DNA of 34,596 nt from the NCBI GenBank assembly GCA_021432655.1, contig MU271656.1:1-34596 (forward strand), in the 5' to 3' direction. Numbering within the stretch: position 1 is the first letter of the stretch; every line of letters begins with the position of its first letter. This DNA comes from Atractiella rhizophila (Eukaryota). Below the pieces are notes generated by a model. That model had not been told where the DNA came from, ran no database searches, and worked only from the letters and a program-made list of their open reading frames with translations. Shown one piece after another: positions 1 to 10,244 of the stretch. The position numbers and the translations under genes were made by a program.

Positions 1-490
1 AGCAGGAGGTTCATCTTCAGAACTTGGCGGGAAGAATGAGGGGGAGTTTGCCGGTTAGTTACGATGGCGTTGCAGTTAGTGGCCTAGAAAAGAGGTTCGT
101 TGTGCTATCGCCCAACTTCAATGAGAGCCTTGACGGAAAATAGGCTACAACCTTTACCAGGTGAAGGGCTTCATAATGAGTACTGCTCGTCAGAGTACAG
201 TGTCCATGTCGCGGCAAAGACCTAATAGATCCTGTTGTTAAGCACTGAGCTGCAACACCTTGCTTGTACTTCCAGCTACGTACTTGCTTTTGTTGCTTGC
301 CGCAACGTCGATCTGTACCGCTCCCTCATACCTAGTAAACTTGCAACCAGTAGATTTGCACTCGTGGCTCAACATGCGCATTGTAGGCAGCTGCCACAAT
401 CGTAAGTTTGGCACTGAGCACTGAGCTGGTGATAGATTGCAGTGTATTTTAAGATTGAGAAAATCGAGAGATATCTGAACGCATGATTCA

Positions 491-640
491 ATGAATTTCG
501 AATCCCGTGTCCCACCTGGGATCCTTAAGTGATCCTGTTTGTTCTTTAGACCATATGTTCTCCTCAGCTTTAGCCCCCAAGTGTTGCGTTGCAGTCTCTT
601 CGGTAACCACTGCTGGTCCACACCAATCGCGCTTGTTTTT
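491..640 (+). pseudogene. Decayed F-box-like gene remnant (paralog of the 28-33 kb array); clearly alignable only at its 5' end, may extend to ~1.9 kb
   Basis: ATG at 491 reads MNFESRVPPGILK* versus MEFESRIPPEILK / MDFESRIPPEILE in the intact copies. Near 590-635, 'gtctcttcggtaaccactgctggtccac' resembles 'gtctcttcgtgaaccgtcgatggtccac' (CLFVNRRWST) of the 29.5 kb gene. Early stop and indels. Confidence 0.7.
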
Positions 641-1899
641 TTGACGAAGTCTTTAGAGCGTGGCATTCTAAAATCTCTATCTTTAAAGCTAGGCGAGTGT
701 CTCTGCCCTTCTTAAAGCTTTATCTTGCTTCTTGCAATGTAGTCGTCCTTCTCGAGTTAGTCGAGGTCTTTTTCATCATTTGAAAATTTGAATTGCCCAG
801 TTCAATTCCAAGAAACAACATCCCATTGTGGCATCGCCCCATGTGCAAGTCCAACTCATAGTCTTTGAATTTCGAGCAAAGATACAAGCTAAGTCTATAT
901 AAGCTACAAGAACGACCGTCGTGATGCAGTTCTCAAGTTGCGACCGACAGCTGTCATGACAGGACACCGTCCGCAACATCTCACACCAAGCGCAGCTCCT
1001 CTTGATCTCTCCCTATCCCTCTCGCACTCGTTCCCTCCGCTCGCTCTTCCCCTCCGCCTTTCCCTCACCCTGGAAAAGCCGGCTAACCGCAAGCATCGCA
1101 GGCATAACAAGAATTTGCGATTGGGGGAAAATATTTGTCTTCCTTTGAAGGATGGAACGACAAGTACAGTGCCGTGGATTATACAGTCTGCTTTCTCAAC
1201 TTGAAGAAAGGGCGGCTGAAGCACCAGACATTTTGAGTCACTCTATCGCAAGCCTTTATTCTTCCCTTCATTCATTCTGGTTGTCTGCTGACTATGCGCA
1301 GGTTTGTTCCCCGGGTACAACGTTTGCCCTATTCCTTACTTACAATGCTGGAGCTTCGGAGGATTTTGAGGATGAGCTCTGGATAAGCATGTGGTAACGG
1401 GGCTGGCGGCAATAATTCTTGTTAGAATTGTCAGAAAGGCAGAATGTGCACACTCGTCCGAGAGGTCAGAGATAACGACGGTGGAGCATGGAGAAGGAGA
1501 CGGAATGTGGAGCAGGACGATCGATTGATTCGGTGGTTAAGCTGTGGAATGCTTTGGCGGAAGTTTGTTTGGATGATTTTCAGTTCAGAGAAGGATTTCA
1601 CTGAAGATCTTTGCCAATGCTCTGAGATCGCTGGTTTTCTGGCACATTCAAGTCAAAGCGCTTCATCTCCGAAACTTCCTTGCTTCTGTCAACAGGTCTG
1701 CATTGACACCTTCATGATTCTGAGAACATCGTTAGAGTTATTTCAACGCTAGCTGTCTGGCATCTCTTGATACTTTGTCATCTGGACAGAAGCGTGGGTC
1801 CGTCTCCTGCTTCTCGCTTTACATTGTGTCCCCGCCAAAATGTGCCGTTCCGTCTCAGGCTATATGTGGTAGGACTCATAGGTGCCTGGGCCCTACATT

Positions 1900-1932
1900 A
1901 GCAACATATTCATTTACGAATTATAAAAGAGG
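1900..1932 (+). promoter_or_regulatory. Candidate core promoter block of the DUF6533 gene, containing TATAAAAG (1922-1929)
   Basis: TATA-like box ~80 nt upstream of ATG 2006. The 33-nt block is 28/33 identical to the reverse complement of 25135-25167, upstream of the second DUF6533 paralog. Confidence 0.45.
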
Positions 1933-2005
1933 ACATGATGCTTCGTCGCCGTGAACTGCAATCTTGAAAGTAATTTGTTCCAAACAGGCAGAGCCGGCAA
2001 AGGCC

Positions 2006-3588
2006 ATGTCGTCGTCTGAACCCTCAGCCAGTACAGCGGAAACGGAGCTTGCTCTCGCTCTGCAACGCGCAGCTTTGGAAGAAGTCCTGTCTGCTAGTCG
2101 TACCTATCTCACCGGTTCGTGTTCGCCTCGTTTGTATGTCAGAGCTTCACTGACTTTGAATTTGGAGGACAGCTTGCTTTGCGGTCTACGTTTGGGATTT
2201 CATCCTAACGTTCCCGGACGACTATAAGGCTATGTGGCGAGCTGAACGCTGGACACCTGTTCGCGTGGCTTTCTTCATAGTCCGGTAAGCTTCTGTGATC
2301 TGCAAATACGAGAAGGCTGAAGAGAAAGATTAAGCTACGGCGGACTCCTGAACCTGGTCTCCTTCATGTGTCTATTCTGGCTGAAAATCGATCCAAAGAC
2401 ATGTGCCAAAGTTCACACCGTCCAGCCAGTTGCCAGCATCATTCTGTTCTGTGACTATCTCATGTCAATTCATCCTCAGTGAAACTGACTGATTTGATAT
2501 GAATTTAGTGGGATGTGAGTTCCTTCTTGGTGCAAGGGTGCTGGTGATGTGGAACCGTCGGAGGTGGATCGCTTGGTTCTTTGGAATATTCGCAATCTGT
2601 GGTACAGTGGTTCAATTTTGGGGAGCTTTTCCGAATGAGCCTTTGCGCTTGTGCGTTTTCAAGGTTTATCGAAAGCGATGTTGACTGGATTGATAGGCCA
2701 CCCGGGTTGAGAGGGTGCATCTCTGTCAGCAAAGGCCAGAAGTGATCTAAATTTCTCTCAATGTGGCTCAAGCAAGCTGATGCCTGTTGAAGGTACATTT
2801 GGGTTGCCTGGTCCGAGCCCATAGATACTGGGACCAAATTAATAATGGGAAGTGCAGGTTTCCGCCTCTTATCTACGACACAACAGTCACTATATTCGTT
2901 CTTATGTGCGTCCGCTGCCTTCAGCTGGAACTTATCGCTGAAATTGATAATAGAGCGCTCATTTCTCACTGGCGCAAATCAGCTCGCACCCGACTTCTCA
3001 CCATTTTCGCGCGTGATGGAGTCATCTATTTCGTTGTAGTATGCATCTGCAATCTTGTTAACGCCGTTTACTCGAGGTTGGTCTGCCAGCATGATTGTGA
3101 TTCTTCCCTTGCTGATAAACTCGGCAATCAAACAGCATCCCTAATGTCGTCAATCCAGTCCTCAACGCACCGCTGCTACTCGCCTTCGTGCCGATTATGG
3201 CTTCTCGCATTGTGCTACATCTTCGATCTGTCGCTCCTGGCGCGAGCTCACGAGAGGGCAGGTCAGGCAGCAGCAACTCACGGCGACGAAATAACCTGAT
3301 TCCAGGGTTTGGGAGTCACAATCAACCTGACACAGGTGGGGACACGGAGTTGCGTGTTCAAAGCCTTTGGAGAAAAATGGAAGCTGGTGCTTTGCCAATT
3401 AGTTTCGAAGATGTGGGGGTCAAGGTCGAAGGGACCAACCAAGAGAAGCGGTGCGTTGATTGCTCATGTGAAGAAAAATCATAAGCTAACGGAAGAATAG
3501 GCAAGAGCCTTCACGAAATCACGATGGGGACGTTCATGATGAGTACTCTTCGCCGCAGGGCAGTGTTGAAGTTGGTTCAAAAAAATGA
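2006..3588 (+). CDS. DUF6533-family multi-pass membrane protein (fungal, GPCR-like topology), multi-exon; paralog 1
   Basis: Spliced translation gives the family motifs WDFILTFPDDYKAMWRAERWTPVRVAFFIVRY, RDGVIYFVVVCICNLVN and IMASRIVLHLR. Short GT-AG introns; last intron 3451-3500; stop TGA 3586-3588. Exon pattern mirrored by the paralog at 23499-25072. Confidence 0.8.
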
Positions 3589-4122
3589 ACGAGTCAGTTT
3601 CTTTCTTATGACCATGTTGCACTTTTGTTCCTGCATTTCTCACTCTCTACTGTACTGTTCAATACCATTTCAGTTGGATCATTTCATGTGTGACATGCAA
3701 TTAATGAGCTTGCATCTATGGATGTTTGGTTATTGCATAGCTCAACAGCAACAAGTATCTCACAGGAACAAAATCAGCACCTCTCATGTCGACAACACTG
3801 TAGTCAATACCAGCGGTGACGGGGCAGGCGACGCGTTAAAGGATGAGAAAAGGAGTACTAGTATCGCTCGTCATTGAGATGAAGGACAAGCGCCCCTCAT
3901 TCTCTACAGCAATAGAATTTGGAGGGGGCGTACCAAAGCCATGTCTTCCTTACTAGTGACCAACCAGAACCAGCGGAGACACGCACGAAGGTCCTAATCT
4001 ACTCCAGGATCAAATTGTCCCCCTTCAATATTGAATCAACCACCGTAGCCCAGCTTCTTCCCTCTTTGCTTGTCAATATTTGTCAGGCCCTATCCTTACG
4101 TACGAACCACAAACACTCTCCA

Positions 4123-4727
4123 TGTCTTCAGCGCCATCTCCCACGCCCAAGCGCGGCTCCTCATTCCTCACCCCTTCCGCGTCGCACTCCTCCATCCGGC
4201 CGTCGCCCCTCCCCTCCGGCCTCCCCTCTCCCTCCCTCTTCAGCCCCTCCAACCCACCCCTGACACCCCCTCGTACGCCTTCCAGGACTTTACGTGTCTC
4301 AGGACATGGATACAACACATTTGGTTCCCCCGCGTCTCCTGCACGCAGCATCCTTCTTGCAGAAGGCGGCGCAGACGGTGGCCGTGGTACTCCCGTGGAA
4401 GGGGGAGAGGGGTGGAAGGTGTTGGATACCATTTTGAGGGATGATGAGTCCGATAAGCATGTGCGAGCAAGTGATGGAGAACTTGGTGATGCGGAGGAGG
4501 GAGAGGGAGGGAGTTTGAGGAAGAGAGGGAGGGAGAAGGGAAAGGGAAAGGGAAGGAGGAGGACGACTGGGTGGAAGAGGTGTTTTCTTATCTCTACTTC
4601 AGACTTCACTTTATTCTTGATACTTGCGTATCTCAATGATGCGTCGTTACACGTTTCCGCTTTTACAGAGTGCACGATTCTGTCTGTTGAAGAGCCAATA
4701 CCTTCATCTTCCGTTTTCTCGTTCTGA
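4123..4727 (+). CDS. Ser/Pro-rich low-complexity coding exon; either the 5' exon of the downstream transporter or a separate small gene
   Basis: ATG 4123 opens MSSAPSPTPKRGSS..., with disordered-region composition. Intron-like sequence at ~4580-4668. I could not build an unambiguous splice path to 5157. Confidence 0.4.
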
Positions 4728-5156
4728 GTTCCTCTTCTAGTCCAGTTTCGGCGTCGAACCACATCCTTCGTCCTTACTTCCCAATCCATTTCCCCCTCTC
4801 GCTTATGCTGCGCAGTGAGAGTTGAAAAGGAGGAAGGGAAGGAGACGAGAGGCTTTCTCGCTCCGAGCGCGGAGAGGGATGTAGGAGAGTTAAGCCCCAC
4901 TGACTGGAGGAACTCTACCTATAGACTTTGGGGGTTCCTTCACCTTTCTGTCGCGGTAGTTCATTAACTTGTCCTCATGCTTCGTCATAACTTCCCGTCC
5001 GTTCTCTCTCATTCAACCTACAAATGTCTTTACATTCTTTTATGGGTGAGGGAAAGGAGAACACAAACTCATTTTTTCCATTTACACCGATATGCACGCT
5101 ACCCCTGGCTCGTATGCACCTATTGACGTACCATAACTTGTAGCCCAGAGCGCGGT

Positions 5157-8100
5157 GTGAGGCGATATAACAACGTTTCAGACTCCAGTCAGCTAGTAAG
5201 CGAGCCAGGCATCTTGTCACCGCCGTTACGCCCCCGAGGAGACGACATATTTGGACCAGATGAGCCGCAGGGGACATCTTCGTCCGACGAATCCGATTCT
5301 GCCCCAGAAAATGAATACGCCAGGCACCGTCCGCTCCCAACCGGACACCGATATACATCCAAGGATCCACTCCTAGCACCTGCTCCTTCTTACCCTCCAC
5401 CAACTCGGTGGCAATCTTTCAAATCCCTCCTCAGAGGAGATCGGATGACTCAAAACCAAAAGGACCTGATCAAATGTTCCATCGGATACCTCATCGCTTC
5501 CCTATTCACCTTCGTACCTTCCTTATCCTCTATCCTCTCTCGCCCGTTCGATCTCGAAGGACCCGCGTCCAACGCCCATGTAGTCGCTACGATCGCCGTT
5601 TACTTTGCTCCAAATCGTACAGGAGGAGGAATGGCTGAAGCTGACTTTTATACCTTGTTGGCTTTCCTCTATGCTGGGTTATTGACTGTAGGGAGCATGA
5701 CTACAACCGTGTTGATGAACTTGGCAGATGTGGAGTGGCTAGGTCATCTGCTGGTGGTTGTGGTGTGGATCGGTGGAGGGTATGGTCTGCTAGCTTGGTC
5801 AAAGTTCGTAATGGCCAAACCGACTTTCAACACTGCTTGCTCCATGGTTGTTTTGCTAACATCGACCGTGTTCGTATTCTTGAGTTGTTCTAGGCTTTAG
5901 TGATTGTGTGCGCAGCATAACGAAGGAAACTTCGATCCATGAAGGCGTGTTCGAGAGCCATCCCATCTTGCGGAGCGCAGAGTTGGTCTTGATAGGGATT
6001 ACGATATCGAATTTCTTGTGCTATGCCTTTTGGCCTAGCAGCAGCGTTTCCAAGCTGCAGTACGTCGTTTGTCCACTGGCGGAATGCGATTAACTAACCG
6101 ATTGTGCAGGAATGATCTTAACAAGACATTGGATTCGTTCAGCACCCTCCTCGAGATGTTGACCTCCACCTTCCTCCTGTCCTCCACATCGTATTCCGAA
6201 CCCCAACTAGTGAAAGCGATCCAAAATCACAACGCTAGTTTCACGTCTTTAAAAGCATCCTTCGATTTGGCCAGGATGGAATTCTTCGATGAACGCACTC
6301 AAGATCATCTGGAGAGTTATTCGAAGATCATCAGCCTCATGTCGGAGCTTGCACAACATTTGAGCGGCTTGAGAAGTGGTTGTACGCTCCAAAAAGATAT
6401 CATGGATGCACAAATGAAAGGCGTCATTGGCGAACAGTCCGAGCCAGAGGACAGCGGCGCTGGCATGAGTGGACGGAGTGAGAGGTGGTTGAGTGAGGAG
6501 CAGAAACTCTCCAATGAGGTGATGGTCTTCGAAGCGTTCCGGGAAACAGTAGGACCAAGTCTGCGCAGACTCACCGTGAGCCTTCTGTCAGCTTCCGTAA
6601 TTTCTTTTCCTCTCAGAATACCATTACAGGCATTATCGAAACGGTCACTGAAACGACTCCAGTCCTCCTTCCTCCACTCGAAGCGAGGCGAGCCTGCGCT
6701 CCTAGCCATCCGTTCTCACGACAAAGACGCCTCAACAGAAGCTTTGCTCGGCTCTGAAGATCTCGGCTCTTTGCGAACTTCTTTGTTGGAATGTCTCGAA
6801 GCATATCGAATCGCTCACACTTCAGCTCTTACGAAGATCTACCGTTATTCTGCGAGTGAGCGGACGTTGCCTCCACCTGCCTTCTTGAAGGAACATCCAA
6901 TATTCAACAGCGAAGCTTTGTCAGAGGCAGAAGCGGAGAGCGATGGACCACACGAAGAGATCTTTCTTCTATATTTCTTCCTCTATACAATGGAGGAGTT
7001 TGTCCAGGACTTGACAGAACTGTTAACCCTCTTCGAAGGCGTCAAGGAACAGGAAGAGAAGGCAGAGCGAGAATGGATGAGGAGGAAGGAAAAATGGTGG
7101 TTTATGCGTCCTTTCGTTGGCAATTTGCAACAGACAAAATGGAGGAACTTGTGTGCGTCTACTATTACTGCTTTGTCTAGTCTCTAACTAGGGGGCACAC
7201 CAGACAATCTTTTCCCAACCCTTCTTCCAAAGGCGAAAGACGACACGCCATTCCCCATAATCGATGGGCCGGCGTTGACGTCGCACAAAAATGAAGAGGA
7301 GGAACTGAGGGGATGGAGGAAATTCAAGCGTGGGCTGTGGTATCTCGGATATAGGGTAAAACAGCCAGATATCACTTATGGCTTCAAGACTGGTCCGTTC
7401 AGCTCCAAAATCACAATATCCCGTTAACCATATTTAGGGTTGGGAGCATTGTGTCTTGCTATTCCCGCCTTCATACCTTCCTTCAGGGATGACTACGTGC
7501 GGTACAAAGGATGGTGGGCTTTGGTGAGTCCACATTTATAAGTCTGTGTAGCATCTTATATTATTGGACAGGTCTCCTACATGGTCGTTATGAGGCACTT
7601 CTTTCCCTACCTGCTGATAAATAACCTGATTTGTGTGATAGCCCTTCTATCGGACAAACTAACTACCTCATTGTCCACCGTCTTCTGGGTTCTCTCGCCG
7701 GCGCAGGCGTAGCGATAGCCTTTTATGAACTTTTCCCTGAGAATCCCATCGTTCTTCCCATTTTAGGTTGGCTCTTCTGCCTCCCGTGCTTCTATTACGC
7801 CGTGAACTACCCTAGTTCGTCATTTCTTTCTCGGCGTAGCATGATGCTTATCTTGCTATACCAGCGTATGCACCTACTGCGAGGTTTGTATTGCTCACCT
7901 ATAACCTCACCTGTCTTGTGCGCCACTCCGTAGCTTGTCAGATAACTCCATCTAACGGGAAGGTGCGCAGTCAACCTATAATCAGAGGGAGCTCGATGTC
8001 TCGCACATAACAATCGCCTTGATGAGGATGATGGTTAGTTTGGCTACTGAAAGCTCCATGCCTCAATACTCAAGAGCAAAACCCATAGTCCGTAGTAATC

Positions 8101-9167
8101 GGCGTCGGCTGGAGTTTTATTATCACTCGTTTCATCCTGCCGTATGAAGCCAGGAAGGAGCTCCGAAAAGGATTATCTGAGTACATGTTTTGCTTCCTCA
8201 CATGCTATCAGAGACCCATGTTTTATAGATGGCTATTGAACGCCGCACACCTTTACGACCGCATTGTGCGCTCGTATTCCTACAATCCCGCTGCAATCAG
8301 ACCCGATGGATCCAAACCCTCCAAATCTGTCATGGACGGATCATGGTCCTTAACGAGAGAGGACACTGAAAAACTCAAACACGAATTTGATGACTGTCGA
8401 AAGATGGTGCTTCACCAACGAATACAACTCCTTCACGTATGTCGCCATCATCAACATGATACTGAGCTGATTTCAGATATGCAGCTGTCCTCCCTTTTAA
8501 CTCAAACAATAAACGAACCCAGATTGAAAGGGCCGTTTCCAGTAGCGAGTTATCGAGAGGTCTTGTCCCACTGCCAGAATATACTAGACCTCTTCCACAG
8601 CATTCAGTGTGTCGTTTCGCGCGATTCATGGCATCAAAACGTAATCATGGATTTCGTGATACCTGTCAACAAATACCGGCGAGAAATGGTTGCGTCCTCC
8701 CATTGTTGTTCCATCCATTGCTGAATGTAGCTCCAGGTCGGCAATGTCATCCTCTTCTTCAGCTTGCTGGCTAGCACTGTTTGGCTCAAGACGCCGATGC
8801 CACCATATCTTCCTCCATGCGCTCTTTCTCGACAGCGTTTAGCCAACAAAATTCGAAAGCTTCCAGTCGTGAGACAAAGAGCGGTCAGAGGCAGCCCAGA
8901 CTACTTGCTATACTTTGCATATGTCGTTGCTATGAAGCAGGTACTATGGCATCCTTTTGATCAGTGTGACACTGATCTAGAACAGGTCATTGACGAACTC
9001 GAAGATCTTGGACGTAGCTTCCAGTCACTCTTTGGTATTATTGGCGGTTTCAAAAGTACGCGTCACTCCTCTCATTCTCCCATTGCAGTGTAGCTCATGT
9101 GAATTACGTAGGTGGAGACATGTTTGAGATTATGTTTCACGCGGAGCCAATACACGATTCAGTTTAA
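5157..9167 (+). CDS. Fusaric-acid-resistance-like / aromatic acid exporter (FUSC_2/ArAE, ALMT-related) membrane protein, multi-exon; true start lies upstream and is unresolved
   Basis: Two hydrophobic modules, each followed by a helical domain: KCSIGYLIASLFTFVP...HVVATIAVYFAP; WWAL-VSYMVVMS-PSIGQTN...RLLGSLAG; FVLLTYNLTCL; ARKELRKGLS; EPRLKGPFP; PMPPYLPP...RQRL; YFAYV. Many ~45-55 nt introns; stop TAA 9165-9167. Confidence 0.8.
7595..7641 (+). other. Non-canonical GC-AG intron following a 23-nt micro-exon (7572-7594); duplicated at 11358-11404
   Basis: Splicing ATGAG|gcactt...gatag|CCCTTCT gives the in-frame peptide VSYMVVMSPSIGQTN. The 47-nt length matches other introns in the window. Confidence 0.7.
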
Positions 9168-9524
9168 GTCATTTGTGCATTTGTGCGTAACCACACCAGT
9201 GACAGCAGCAAATCAATTTACGTGAACATTTCATCCGTCTTTCTTCAGTGAGTTGGCAAAAAGTGATTGCATTCCAAGAACGGAGTCCGCTGCAGAATTC
9301 CATCTTTCAACAGAAACGTTCCGGAGCTGCAGTTGTTGACTCTGCAATTGCACGTGCACGGGTGTGTGGGATTTTTGCCAGCAGAGCCCATCGACCGACT
9401 GCTACTGCAATCTCGCACTCTTTCCCAGCTAAACTCACACCATCGTTGGAGGCACGTTGGAGAAACCTCTAAAATCGCGAAAGAACATTTAACAACGCAG
9501 CATCGATTCGCGCTCAAGTTTCCC

Positions 9525-10244
9525 ATGGACTCATGCTCGTCCAGTGCAACTCGGCGCGCGTATTCTGCTGCTGAACGAGATATATCTGGAAATTTTGAGG
9601 AGGTCTCTACGGAGGTGATTTTGAATATGCTGCCAAATCCATCAGGTCATTCCCCCAAGCAGCTCTTCATTCAAGAGGCTGAGGATGAGGGGGATGGGAA
9701 CGTTCAATGCAAGGGTCTCGTGAGTTTATCGTGACCTTGAGGATGATACTGACAACAAAAGCAGATCACAGCTCTCGGCCCCGTCCTTGCCCAAGGCTGG
9801 GAGCTCGTTGCTCCAGCAAATGATGGCGATGTTACCACAGAAAATATCTACGGTCAACAATCGTTCAAGCCTGGTCTTTTACTTTACTCTTCAAAAGGCC
9901 CGAATTCCTGCCGCCCCAGGGAGATAGAGCTTTTCGGAGTAGTTAAGCCAGCCCCAGTATGCCATGTATTCGATTGCAAAGACAAAGTATTCGAATGCCA
10001 AACAGAAGAAGCCAAGCACATACGAGGACAGTTGACTCTATACAACACTACTGTTCAAACAATGCAGCCGCGAACTCGAGTCTTTTCGTTCTTCGTCCAT
10101 TCAACCTCTGCGCGCTTACTGTGCCATTCACGAGCTGGGACTCGAATATCGCCGGCTTTTGGCATCAACGACCAAAATAATTATCTTGGTCAATTCCTCT
10201 GGCGATTAAGAGGACAGCGGCGCTGGCATGAGTGGACGGAGTGA
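9525..10244 (+). pseudogene. 3'-truncated FunK1 kinase copy (N-terminal region only; no kinase domain)
   Basis: Homologous to 13343-14025, with intron 9720-9765. The frame is open to the duplication junction (...YLGQFLWR), then reads LRGQRRWHEWTE* out of frame into transporter sequence. Confidence 0.85.

Noticed and set aside
238..666. 142-aa minus-strand ORF
   Set aside because: No recognisable motif; lies antisense to the F-box relic at 491.
4073..4900. 275-aa minus-strand ORF
   Set aside because: Antisense shadow of the low-complexity plus-strand exon; no ATG start and no domain features.
9267..9524. Possible N-terminal extension of the kinase (frame open upstream of ATG 9525)
   Set aside because: The homologous region in copy 2 has frame-breaking indels and no shared upstream ATG, so it was treated as non-coding.
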